64,000 bases of DNA from Tannerellaceae bacterium (GTDB taxonomy: Bacteria > Bacteroidota > Bacteroidia > Bacteroidales > Tannerellaceae): positions 25,378 to 89,377 of the forward strand of contig JAVBUH010000007.1 in assembly GCA_031555505.1 (NCBI GenBank). Direction: 5' to 3'. Both the position numbers and the translations under genes were made by a program. Positions 1 through 9,218 of the stretch are shown piece by piece (position 1 is the stretch's first letter; the number at the start of each line of letters is the position of its first letter). The notes below the pieces were generated by a model that ran no database searches, had not been told where the DNA came from, and worked only from the letters and a program-made list of their open reading frames with translations.

Positions 1-31
1 TTTATGACTTGTATATTCACCGGAGAAGGTC

Positions 32-39
32 TACTTTTG
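32..39 (+). promoter_or_regulatory. Bacteroides-type -7 promoter box
   Basis: TACTTTTG matches TAnnTTTG and ends 25 nt before ATG 65. Confidence 0.5.
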
Positions 40-64
40 TTTGATTAAAATAAAACCGCAAGGC

Positions 65-613
65 ATGGGAGAAAATAAAAGTGTGCTGGTGAAGGGAGCC
101 ATGATGTTTGGTCTGGCGCTCGGCATTTACTGGATATTCAAATACATTTTCTTTATCTGGGGATTCTCATTACCTGTAATGAGTTCCGTATACTGGGGGT
201 TCACCTGCCTAGTTCCATTTATCGCCTACCGGATGACAATCCAATACAAGCGAATGGCCGACGGACAGATTAGTTTTTTCCATGCCTGGCAATTCGGCGT
301 CTTGCTCTATACTTTTGCAGCCCTGGTGGTGTCCCTGATGCATTACATCTTCTACCGCTACCTGGCGCCGCCGGATTTTCTCGCCAACGCATTCAACCAG
401 ACAATAGAAATGCTTAAACAAAGCAAGGTAGACCCTAAAATGCTCGACGAGATCGGAGAGATGCATATTACTCCCATCCAAATGGTCATCCAGGGTATTT
501 TCAGCAATATATTCTATGGTGTTGTTTTCTCCCTGCCGGTAGCGATATTTGCGTACCGCAAACGTGACGACTCTCCCACCCCGCCGTATAACTCCAACTC
601 AACAGATGAATAA
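65..613 (+). CDS. DUF4199-like small integral membrane protein
   Basis: ORF 41..613 is TTG-initiated in the track. I trimmed it to ATG 65 because a TAnnTTTG -7 box occupies 32-39. It has several hydrophobic helices (GAMMFGLALGIYWIF, FGVLLYTFAALVVSLMHYIF, IFYGVVFSLPVAIF). The family name is from memory of Bacteroidota DUF4199 genes that precede GT2 genes. Confidence 0.55.
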   Translation: MGENKSVLVKGAMMFGLALGIYWIFKYIFFIWGFSLPVMSSVYWGFTCLVPFIAYRMTIQYKRMADGQISFFHAWQFGVLLYTFAALVVSLMHYIFYRYLAPPDFLANAFNQTIEMLKQSKVDPKMLDEIGEMHITPIQMVIQGIFSNIFYGVVFSLPVAIFAYRKRDDSPTPPYNSNSTDE

Positions 614-1562
614 GATGGATATATCAGTTGTTATTCCTTTATATAATGAAGCCGAGTCGCTACCCGAGTTGTCTGCCTGGATCGAGCGGGTAATGGCGGC
701 CAATAAGTTCAGTTACGAAGTGATCTTTGTTGACGACGGAAGTACAGACAACTCCTGGCAAGTGATCCAGTCGCTACAGCAACAGTCGTCCCATATACGC
801 GCTATCCGCTTCCGGCGTAATTATGGTAAATCGCCGGGGTTGCATTGCGGTTTCCAGCGGACGCAGGGAGATGTGGTGATCACGATGGATGCCGACCTAC
901 AAGACAGTCCCGACGAAATACCCGAACTGTATCGCATGATCCGTGAAGATGGATACGACCTGGTTTCGGGTTGGAAGAAAAAACGCTACGACCCACTGTC
1001 GAAAACACTGCCCACCAAGCTTTTCAATGCAACCGCACGCAAAATATCCGGTATCCGACTGCACGATTTCAACTGCGGCCTGAAAGCCTATCGGGGCGAA
1101 GTAGTGAAAAGCATTGAGGTGTATAACGATATGCACCGCTACATTCCTTATCTGGCAAAAAATGCCGGATTCTCAAAGATCGGCGAAAAGGTGGTACATC
1201 ATCAGGCTCGCAAATACGGAACTACCAAGTTTGGCCTCAGCCGTTTTGTCAATGGCTACCTTGACCTCATTACACTTTGGTTTACCTCCAGTTTTGGGAA
1301 AAAACCCATGCATTTTTTCGGGCTGCTCGGCAGCCTGATGTTCCTGATCGGGTTCATTGCGCTGATCTATGTATTGACCATGAAACTGGTCTCTATCCTG
1401 GCAGGCGACCTCCGTCCGCTGGTGACCAATTCACCCTTCTTCTATATTTCACTCACGGCAATGATCATCGGCACGCAGCTCTTCCTGGCCGGTTTCCTGG
1501 GCGAACTGATCTCACGGAATGCGCCGGGACGGAACAACTACATTATATCGGCCGAGTTATAA
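606..1562 (+). CDS. Family-2 glycosyltransferase (polyprenyl-phosphate glycosyltransferase-like, GtrB/DPM1 type)
   Basis: ORF 549..1562 trimmed to ATG 606 (MNKMDISVVIPLYNE). It carries GT-A motifs VVIPLYNE, FVDDGSTD and DADLQD (DXD), plus two C-terminal TM helices. Confidence 0.85.
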   Translation: MNKMDISVVIPLYNEAESLPELSAWIERVMAANKFSYEVIFVDDGSTDNSWQVIQSLQQQSSHIRAIRFRRNYGKSPGLHCGFQRTQGDVVITMDADLQDSPDEIPELYRMIREDGYDLVSGWKKKRYDPLSKTLPTKLFNATARKISGIRLHDFNCGLKAYRGEVVKSIEVYNDMHRYIPYLAKNAGFSKIGEKVVHHQARKYGTTKFGLSRFVNGYLDLITLWFTSSFGKKPMHFFGLLGSLMFLIGFIALIYVLTMKLVSILAGDLRPLVTNSPFFYISLTAMIIGTQLFLAGFLGELISRNAPGRNNYIISAEL

Positions 1563-1587
1563 ACATTCAACAGCCATCTGATCCATC

Positions 1588-3309
1588 ATGAAAAGCCAGG
1601 AATTACGCAAACTCGCTCCCGAACTGGATTCCCTGCGACTGGGAAGTGGTTGGAGTATCGAAGATCTTAGTAAGCCGCAGATTATTGTAGAAAGCAGCTA
1701 CGGACACAGCCATCCGGGAAGCGCCCACCTCAACCAATTGGTAGAAGCAGCCGATGAAGGCATCACCGGGCGAGGAGGACGACCGGCTAATTACTACGTG
1801 ACCGATATCTGTGACGGAGAAGCACAAGGGCACGACGGGATGAATTACTCCCTTGTATCCCGCGATATCATGGCGGCGATGATGGAGATCCATGTCAAAG
1901 CCACCCCGTTTGATGCGGGCGTATTCATTTCAAGTTGCGACAAATCCGTTCCAGCCCATCTCATGGCCATTGCCCGGCTGGATATGCCAGCATTATTCGT
2001 ACCTGGAGGCATCATGAAAGCCGGCCCCGACCTGCTTACGCTCGAACAGATCGGGAAGTACAGCGCGCAATATCAACGAAAGGAAATCACCGAAGCGGAG
2101 TTTCTGCAATATAAACACACTGCCTGCCCCAATTGCGGCGCCTGCTCTTTCATGGGAACTGCCTCTACCATGCAAGTCATGGCAGAAGCCCTGGGCATGG
2201 CATTACCTGGTTCCGCCCTGATACCTACCCATTTGCCTCACCTGCGCACTTTCGCATTGCATGCCGGTCAACGTGCACTGTCACTGGCTACGGAAGGAAT
2301 ATGTCCATCTGATATCCTGACACCGCAAGCCTTCGAAAACGCCATTATGATACACGCCGCCATCGCCGGGTCCAGTAATAGCCTGTTGCACCTGCCGGCT
2401 ATTGCACATGAACTGGGGATGGAATTGCCTCCTGCCTTGTTTGACGATATCCACCGGAAGATCCCTTTCCTGCTCAATATACGTCCCAGCGGTTACTGGC
2501 CGGGCGAGTATTTCTGGTATGCAGGAGGCGTACCAGCCATCATGGAAGAAATACGGGAACACCTGCACCTGGATGTACTGACCGTCACAGGGAAAACTGT
2601 CGGCGAAAACCTGGAAGAGCTTCAGCGAAATGGATTCTACGACACTTGCCATCAGCACCTGCAATCATTGGGTGTACGGCCGGCCGACATCATCCGACCG
2701 GCATCCAACCCGATCCGCACCCAAGGTGCAATCGCCATTCTGAAGGGCACCCTTGCCCCTGAAGGGGCTGTAATGAAGCATGCGGCCATCTCTCCCAAAC
2801 TCATGCAGGTCACGTTGAAAGCCCGCGTATTCGACTGCGAAGAAGAGGCGCAACATGCCGTACTACAGAAACAGATCCGTCCCGGCGATGCTGTCTTCAT
2901 CCGCTACGAAGGTCCCAAAGGCAGTGGTATGCCCGAAATGTTCTATACTACCGAAGCCATTGCCTCCGATCCCGAGTTGATCGAAACCACAGCACTCATT
3001 ACCGACGGACGCTTTTCCGGAGCTACCCGTGGTCCGGCTATCGGCCATGTATCCCCCGAAGCATCCGAAGGCGGCCCCATAGCCTTGGTGGAGGAAGGAG
3101 ACCTGATCCGTATTGACATCCCTGCCCGCAGACTGGATATCTGCGGCATACAAGGAATACCCCATACACCAGAAGAAATAAAGACCATCCTGGCCGAACG
3201 GCGCAAGCACTGGGTCCGACCGGCATCTGTCCCATACAATGGCATCCTCGATATATATACCCGCATCAGTACATCCCCGATGAAGGGAGGATATATGGAA
3301 AAGGAATAA
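1588..3309 (+). CDS. IlvD/Edd family dehydratase (dihydroxy-acid / sugar-acid dehydratase)
   Basis: 573-aa ORF with the Cys-containing motifs SSCDKSVPAHLMA and CPNCGACSFMGTASTM typical of Fe-S IlvD/Edd enzymes. Substrate cannot be assigned from sequence. Confidence 0.8.
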   Translation: MKSQELRKLAPELDSLRLGSGWSIEDLSKPQIIVESSYGHSHPGSAHLNQLVEAADEGITGRGGRPANYYVTDICDGEAQGHDGMNYSLVSRDIMAAMMEIHVKATPFDAGVFISSCDKSVPAHLMAIARLDMPALFVPGGIMKAGPDLLTLEQIGKYSAQYQRKEITEAEFLQYKHTACPNCGACSFMGTASTMQVMAEALGMALPGSALIPTHLPHLRTFALHAGQRALSLATEGICPSDILTPQAFENAIMIHAAIAGSSNSLLHLPAIAHELGMELPPALFDDIHRKIPFLLNIRPSGYWPGEYFWYAGGVPAIMEEIREHLHLDVLTVTGKTVGENLEELQRNGFYDTCHQHLQSLGVRPADIIRPASNPIRTQGAIAILKGTLAPEGAVMKHAAISPKLMQVTLKARVFDCEEEAQHAVLQKQIRPGDAVFIRYEGPKGSGMPEMFYTTEAIASDPELIETTALITDGRFSGATRGPAIGHVSPEASEGGPIALVEEGDLIRIDIPARRLDICGIQGIPHTPEEIKTILAERRKHWVRPASVPYNGILDIYTRISTSPMKGGYMEKE

Positions 3310-3357
3310 ACAACTGTTATTCTATCCTAATTGGCATGCGATCCGTGAAAAATAACG

Positions 3358-3365
3358 TACATTTG
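3358..3365 (+). promoter_or_regulatory. Bacteroides-type -7 promoter box
   Basis: TACATTTG, ends 19 nt before ATG 3385 (apbE copy 1). Confidence 0.55.
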
Positions 3366-3384
3366 CGCACTAACAAGAAAAGAG

Positions 3385-4395
3385 ATGAACAGGATAGGGG
3401 CTTTTGCCGTTTGCATATTGACCATTCTCACCTCCTGCTTTCCTGACTATCCCTATTACCGGGAAAACGGTTCCGTCTATGGCAAAGAATATACTATTTA
3501 TTATCAGTCGCAGGCATCTTTCTTCCGTGAGATCGAAGCGATTGTCGAACAGTCGAACCATTCGCTCAACGTCTACAACCCTGTATCCATCATTTCACGG
3601 GTAAACAGGAATGAAGCGGTTGTGCTCGACACCTTCTTCATCGATGTTTTCAATAAATCAATCGCACTCTCCGAAATGACGCACGGTTTGTTCGATCCTA
3701 CCTGCTTCCCGCTCGTTTCTTTCTGGCGCAATGCTTTTGCCGAACCGGACAAAATACCCGAATATCAGGTAGACAGTATCAAACAGTTTGTTGGATACCG
3801 GAAAATACGTATTGAGAACGACCAGGTGATCAAAGACGACCCCCGTATCCAACTCACCCTAACTGCCTTGGCCAAAGGCTATACCTGCGATCGGATCGTG
3901 GCCTTACTAGAAAACAAGGGCATACATAACTATATGGTCGACATGGGAGGTGTCATCGTTGCCAAAGGAATAGACCAGCAGGGGAACGCCTGGCAGTCGG
4001 CTATCCGCAAGCCGGTGGAGACAGACGACAATCGCACCATTGGTATCGAACAGGTCGTACAGATACCAGACCGGCATGCCATGGGCACCTCTGGCGATTT
4101 TAAAAACTACTATATCCGCAATGGCAAAAAATATGCCCATACCATCAATCCCATCACCGGCTATCCGGCGGAACAAGACGTTCTGAGCAGTACCATCATT
4201 GCCCATGACGGCATTACAGCCGATGGACTCTCCACCGCCTTCACCGCCCTCAGTTCAGAACAACTCCGGCAGCTGGGTGATTCGCTCCCTGATATCGAAT
4301 ATTTTATCATCCATACCGACAGCAACGGGGAATACGTTATAACGTATTCGGAAGGGATGAAAAAACACCTGCTCAAACAAGACAAATTTCAATAA
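3385..4395 (+). CDS. apbE: FAD:protein FMN transferase (ApbE family lipoprotein), copy 1
   Basis: 336 aa with a signal peptide and lipobox Cys (ILTILTSC). ApbE motifs present: ALAKGYTCD and GTSGDFKNYYIRNGKKYAHTINPITGYP. A -7 box lies at 3358-3365. Confidence 0.85.
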   Translation: MNRIGAFAVCILTILTSCFPDYPYYRENGSVYGKEYTIYYQSQASFFREIEAIVEQSNHSLNVYNPVSIISRVNRNEAVVLDTFFIDVFNKSIALSEMTHGLFDPTCFPLVSFWRNAFAEPDKIPEYQVDSIKQFVGYRKIRIENDQVIKDDPRIQLTLTALAKGYTCDRIVALLENKGIHNYMVDMGGVIVAKGIDQQGNAWQSAIRKPVETDDNRTIGIEQVVQIPDRHAMGTSGDFKNYYIRNGKKYAHTINPITGYPAEQDVLSSTIIAHDGITADGLSTAFTALSSEQLRQLGDSLPDIEYFIIHTDSNGEYVITYSEGMKKHLLKQDKFQ

Positions 4396-4419
4396 TACAC
4401 ACATACAAAACAATACCCC

Positions 4420-5445
4420 ATGACACGAAACTGTATTCTCGCCACCCTGAGTATCCTGTTATTCACAACCTGCGCACCCAAGCAAACCTATTTTGAAGAT
4501 AGTGGCACCATATTCAACACCCTTTACAAAATCAAGTACGAGGCACCCGGATTACTTACAGAGAAGATCGATGCCGAATTTTCAAAGTTCAACCTCTCAC
4601 TCAACCCCTTCAACCCCTCCTCTATCATCGCCCGGGTGAACCGCAACGAAGAGGTGGAAGTAGACGAATGGTTCAAGACAGTTTTCTACAAGGCACAGGA
4701 AGTATCCGAACGCAGCGGAGGCATCTTCGACATCACCTGCGCCCCATTGATCAATGCCTGGGGATTCGGTTTCAGCAAAATGGACACGGTCACACCCGAA
4801 CTGATCGACAGCCTTAAACAGTTTGTCGGTTACCGGAAGGTTCGCATGGAAGGGAATAAGGTAGTAAAAGAAGACCCGCGTGTAATTCTCAACTGCTCGG
4901 CCATTGCCAAAGGATATGCCTGTGACGTGATAGCCGCATTGCTTGAACGCGAAGGCGTTCAGAATTATTTGGTGGATATAGGTGGTGAAAGCGCCCAGAA
5001 AGGCGTGAATCCCAATGGTGAATGCTGGCGTGTAGGTATCCGCAAACCGGAACAATTGACTGAAGCACATACACCCGGCGTTGAAGAGATCATCCAACTG
5101 TGTAAAAAAGGCGGCATCGCCACCTCGGGCGACTATCAGAACTTCTATGTGAAGAACGGCAAGAAATACGCCCACACCATCAATCCCCTCACCGGATATC
5201 CGGCAGAGCAGGATATACTGAGCAGTACCGTGATTGCCGACGATTGCATGACTGCCGACGCATACGCTACCGCCTTCAATGCCATGGGATTGGAAGAAGC
5301 AATCCAGTTAGCATCTACCCTACCCGGATTAGAATACTTCTTCATCTATTCCGACCACGAAGGCAACTACAAAATCAAATACTCACCCGGTATCGTACAG
5401 TATCTCCCCAACCGGAAGGAACTGGCTATCCTGGAAAATCCGTAA
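4420..5445 (+). CDS. apbE: FAD:protein FMN transferase (ApbE family lipoprotein), copy 2
   Basis: 341 aa with lipobox LLFTTC. Motifs AIAKGYACD and ATSGDYQNFYVKNGKKYAHTINPLTGYP. Collinear paralogue of the upstream gene. Confidence 0.85.
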   Translation: MTRNCILATLSILLFTTCAPKQTYFEDSGTIFNTLYKIKYEAPGLLTEKIDAEFSKFNLSLNPFNPSSIIARVNRNEEVEVDEWFKTVFYKAQEVSERSGGIFDITCAPLINAWGFGFSKMDTVTPELIDSLKQFVGYRKVRMEGNKVVKEDPRVILNCSAIAKGYACDVIAALLEREGVQNYLVDIGGESAQKGVNPNGECWRVGIRKPEQLTEAHTPGVEEIIQLCKKGGIATSGDYQNFYVKNGKKYAHTINPLTGYPAEQDILSSTVIADDCMTADAYATAFNAMGLEEAIQLASTLPGLEYFFIYSDHEGNYKIKYSPGIVQYLPNRKELAILENP

Positions 5446-5517
5446 AAACGCCCTAAGAAGGAAAACAGACTAATTGAGCGAACAAATATACACATCGACT
5501 AACAGCAAACACTGATA

Positions 5518-6301
5518 ATGAAACTTTCTAAAATATACCCCATCGAGTGGATCAAGTTACATCCATACAAATAAACGGATGGAGTAGACAGGTACTATAC
5601 GGAGATTGCCAATACAATATACCGGCATCTGAAAAAAAGAAACCTGAAAGACCTGTTGTATGCAGATGAGCAGATACGCCAGCTGAGTTGTTACCTGACA
5701 GCCTATCTGGAAGATTTGGCGTCTGAGACAGGTATCTGGCGGGCGTTTACCGGCGAATGCCGCAGGTTATACAACAAGCCGTTGCCATTTTACGCCTATG
5801 ATCCGGATGAATATATAGACGGCGAGCCTAATCCGGACGATATCCGGTTTCTGCTTTGGCACTTCTTTAGTGCATTTCCGTGATACCTGGTATCCACAAG
5901 GCCCCGCGTTTATGTATAAAAAAAGCGACCTCAAAGAAAGGGAACTGGCTATCATAAATGATGATCAGCAGGAAGAAATGGACGCACAGGATGCATACCA
6001 CGTTTTTATGGAGGCATCAGGCGGAGAAAGGTTACTTTTCTTCACATCGTTCAATGAAATGCAGGAATTTATTATGCATAAAATGAAGTATGCTGATCAT
6101 ACCACGGAATTGCCTACCGGAATAGGAGACAAACTGGTATTGACAGCCACCCCAAAGCGAGGTATTGCAATAATCAACGCCGGTTTAGACTGCATCAAAC
6201 ATCCAACCAAAGGAAGGCTGATCCGTCTGGACAATAAAAACGGAATCATACAGCCAGTAACATATTTACCTTCCGAATTAGAAACTGCAAGCAAACAATA
6301 A
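5518..6301 (+). pseudogene. Disrupted hypothetical gene (DUF3843-like): in-frame TAA plus a frameshift
   Basis: ATG 5518 opens MKLSKIYPIEWIKLHPYK, then TAA at 5572-5574. The same frame continues without a break into track ORF 5656..5883, which ends at TGA 5881-5883. Reading resumes in the next frame as ORF 5870..6301. The DUF3843 name is memory-level. Confidence 0.5.
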
Positions 6302-6302
6302 G

Positions 6303-6572
6303 TTGGCAGATAGTGGTTTTAATGTCCCGGGTGAAATCCCTCTAACCGGACTTATCTTGCAAAATGAGACACAAAAAGCAGGTGTATGGATCATGCCAGA
6401 CAACAACACCAATGGTATGCTGGAAGATTTTATCTCTTTTCTAATACCAAAAAAAGACCGGTTATTGGAGGTTGCCCAGTCAACACTGAAAGATATTGAG
6501 GTCAAAGATTACAAAAAAGTACCTGACAACAGACCAGGGCACCTGTTCAACATTCATCAATTGGCTCACTGA
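6303..6572 (+). pseudogene. Orphan 89-aa ORF, probable C-terminal gene fragment (DUF3226-like, memory-level)
   Basis: Non-ATG start directly after the preceding stop, with no upstream promoter box. The motif GVWIMPDNNTNGMLEDFISFLIP resembles the C-terminal half of DUF3226-type proteins. No matching N-terminal part is present. Confidence 0.25.
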
Positions 6573-6650
6573 ATTATTCAGACAATAAACGACTATCTCA
6601 TCACTTCAATGAGACAGCGTATGGCAAAGCCAAGCAAGTAGAGGGAGAAA

Positions 6651-7235
6651 TCAAAACGTCTTCAATGCCTGGTACAGCCGCTGCATGGGCAGTCCCATCA
6701 CGTTGTAGAAGGAGCCGTTGATGGCTTCGATGCCGATGTAGCCGATCCATTCCTGGATACCGTAGGCACCGGCTTTGTCGAAGGGCAGGTATTTATCAAC
6801 GTAGTACGTAATTTCTTCTTCGGTAAGGGTAGCGAAGCAGACGGCTGAGGAGGTGGAGAAACTGGATACTTTCTGCCGGGTAGTCAGACAGACGCCGGTA
6901 ATCACTTCGTGTACGTGCCCGGAAAGACGATGGAGCATACGGATGGCATCATCGCGGTCGTCGGGCTTGCCCATGATCTCCTGAAAATTCCAAACGATGG
7001 TATCGGCAGTGATCAGTAACTCATCATCTGCCAGTTGCGGCAGATAGCAGGTGGCTTTTTTACGGGCGACAAATTCAGCCACATCTTCGGGTTTGACGGT
7101 GTCGGGATACGACTCGTCAATGTCGGGCAGGACACGGACCTCGAAAGGCATCTCAAAACCAGTCAACAGCGATTGGCGACGGGGAGATTGAGACCCTAAA
7201 ACGATCCTGTATTCTTCAATATTAGGAAGGAACAT
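6651..7235 (-). CDS. maf: Maf-like nucleoside triphosphate pyrophosphatase
   Basis: 194 aa with motifs LGSQSPRRQSLL, ITADTIV and DKAGAYGIQE. Confidence 0.9.
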   Translation of the reverse strand: MFLPNIEEYRIVLGSQSPRRQSLLTGFEMPFEVRVLPDIDESYPDTVKPEDVAEFVARKKATCYLPQLADDELLITADTIVWNFQEIMGKPDDRDDAIRMLHRLSGHVHEVITGVCLTTRQKVSSFSTSSAVCFATLTEEEITYYVDKYLPFDKAGAYGIQEWIGYIGIEAINGSFYNVMGLPMQRLYQALKTF

Positions 7236-7279
7236 ACACGGTTATATTTGGAGTGTCATTATGTTAATAGTTATCGGAG

Positions 7280-7801
7280 TTACCAGCCGAAAGCCTCGTC
7301 ACCCATCCAGGTGCCTTGTGCTTTCATTGTCTGTTCGATCAGGTCGCGGGCCACACCTTCGCCCCCATTACGCGGGCTGATATACGTAGCTATCGCTTTT
7401 ATTTCGGGAGCAGCATCGGCAGGAGCAACCGGCAGTCCAACCAGACGCATCACCTCATAATCGGGGATATCGTCGCCCACATAGGCGATACATTCGGGCG
7501 AAAGACGGGTCTTGGACAGGAAATCTTCAAAATCGTTCCGCTTGATACTGCTACCCATGTATATATGCTGAATGCCCAGGCGCGAAAAGCGGATGCGCAC
7601 GGCTTCCGTGTACCCACCGGTGATAATTCCCACCTGGAACCCCTTTTTCACTGCCAGTTGAAGGGCATAACCATCTTTGATATTGACCGTACGCATCGGA
7701 TCGCCATCAGGCGCAAGAGGCAGAATATCGCATGACAAGACACCATCTACGTCGAAGACGAAGGCTTTTATTTTTGTCAGGTCAAAAGGAATACTACTCA
7801 T
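7280..7801 (-). CDS. kdsC: 3-deoxy-D-manno-octulosonate 8-phosphate phosphatase (HAD-IIIA, KdsC family)
   Basis: 173 aa with HAD motif [11 protein letters not shown], and motifs ITGG and YVGDDIPD. Confidence 0.8.
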   Translation of the reverse strand: MSSIPFDLTKIKAFVFDVDGVLSCDILPLAPDGDPMRTVNIKDGYALQLAVKKGFQVGIITGGYTEAVRIRFSRLGIQHIYMGSSIKRNDFEDFLSKTRLSPECIAYVGDDIPDYEVMRLVGLPVAPADAAPEIKAIATYISPRNGGEGVARDLIEQTMKAQGTWMGDEAFGW

Positions 7802-8561
7802 GACAGGTACATGTATGGATACTGTGGCTAATCTGTTCGTATAAAGCTTTCAGTGCAGGATCCGTGAGCAAAGCGAGGTGGGCGTCGATCACGGCGCGGT
7901 CATTCCGCACGGCAGGACCGGTCTGCGCCTGTGCCGGAGGCAAACTATGCACTTTGGCGGCAGTTTCATCAATGAGCGGTAGCAGCACATCAGACGGTAT
8001 CCCTTCGGATTCGAGTAATTGTTCGGCCACGGCATACATGTGATTGGTGAAATTACAGGCAAACACAGCCGCCAGATGCAGGTAACGGCGTTTGTCCGAC
8101 GGCAGGAACAACACGCGCGACGAAATCGCCGAGGCGATACGAAGCAGTTCCGATGCATCCTCCTCCCGATGGCTCTCAATAAATACAGGCACTTCATCCA
8201 GGCGGATCGTGCGCGCCTTGGAAAATGTTTGCAGGGGATAAAGCACACCATACCGGCGGGCATGGCCCGCAAACACGTCGACCGGCACACTGCCGGCGGT
8301 ATGTACCCACAATCCGTCATTCGCCGGAAGGGCAGCTATCACATCGGGCAATGCCGTATCTTTGACAGCAAACACATAGAGATCGGCATCCGTACGCACA
8401 CCAGCTAATTGGTCTGTCCATTCACAGCGGAGCAATCGCGCCAGTTGGGCGGCATGATCGGCCGTGGGGCTGAACACCTGTATGATGGTCATACCCGCCC
8501 GCCGCATCTCCTGTGAAAGCTGCGTAGCCAGGTTACCCGCTCCGAGAAAGACGATCTTCAT
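7794..8561 (-). CDS. Rossmann-fold NAD(P)-binding protein with DUF2520-type C-terminal domain
   Basis: 255 aa with N-terminal [15 protein letters not shown] (GxGxxA). Its stop overlaps the kdsC start by 8 nt, and its start overlaps the upstream stop by 4 nt. Confidence 0.65.
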   Translation of the reverse strand: MKIVFLGAGNLATQLSQEMRRAGMTIIQVFSPTADHAAQLARLLRCEWTDQLAGVRTDADLYVFAVKDTALPDVIAALPANDGLWVHTAGSVPVDVFAGHARRYGVLYPLQTFSKARTIRLDEVPVFIESHREEDASELLRIASAISSRVLFLPSDKRRYLHLAAVFACNFTNHMYAVAEQLLESEGIPSDVLLPLIDETAAKVHSLPPAQAQTGPAVRNDRAVIDAHLALLTDPALKALYEQISHSIHTCTCHE

Positions 8562-9115
8562 ACCTGTTGTCCCTCTTCCGTGGAGGGTTTATAAGTGCCG
8601 ATATGTATCTTTTCCCATTGGAGGTGCGATTCGTCGAACGGTTTGCGTTCCTGTCCTTTGTAGCCGAAGCCCACAATGCATAACACATCCAATTGATACG
8701 GGATATCGAATAGCTGGCGTACATATTGATTGGAGTCGGCCTCGTCGGCCGTCACCCGTTCACGGATCTGACACCAACAACTCCCCAGCCCAAGGTCTTC
8801 GGCCTGCAACTGCATATAAATAGCTGCAATAGAGGCATCTTCAATCCAGGCACCGCTTTTCATCACATCAGCCAGTACCACCACAGCCATGGCGCACCCT
8901 TCGAGGAATGCAGCACCATGTGCACGGCTGGCAGCCAGTTTCTTCAACATTTCCCTGTCTTCCACCACAACAAACTGCCAAGGTGTGCTTTGTTTGGAAG
9001 AAGGAGCCATCAGTGCCGCCTTTAACAGGGATTCCACCTGTTCGGGAGACAGTAACTGATCAGTAAACTTACGGGTGCTCCGACGTATCTTTATTAATTC
9101 GGCAAAACTATTCAT
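8558..9115 (-). CDS. Nitroreductase family protein
   Basis: The track ORF starts at GTG 9127. ATG 9115 gives MNSFAELIKIRRSTRKF, a typical nitroreductase N-terminus. A -7 box lies at 9157-9164. Confidence 0.75.
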   Translation of the reverse strand: MNSFAELIKIRRSTRKFTDQLLSPEQVESLLKAALMAPSSKQSTPWQFVVVEDREMLKKLAASRAHGAAFLEGCAMAVVVLADVMKSGAWIEDASIAAIYMQLQAEDLGLGSCWCQIRERVTADEADSNQYVRQLFDIPYQLDVLCIVGFGYKGQERKPFDESHLQWEKIHIGTYKPSTEEGQQV

Positions 9116-9156
9116 AGAAACAAACACTCATATATGCAAGTACAATAAAATATGTG

Positions 9157-9164
9157 CAAAGATA
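9157..9164 (-). promoter_or_regulatory. Bacteroides-type -7 promoter box
   Basis: The minus strand reads TATCTTTG. It lies 29 nt before GTG 9127 and 41 nt before ATG 9115 (nitroreductase-kdsC-maf operon). Confidence 0.5.
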
Positions 9165-9218
9165 ATGATACGATACACATATCCGCAGAAAACAAGCAAA
9201 TTTGTGGAAAAAGAAAGA

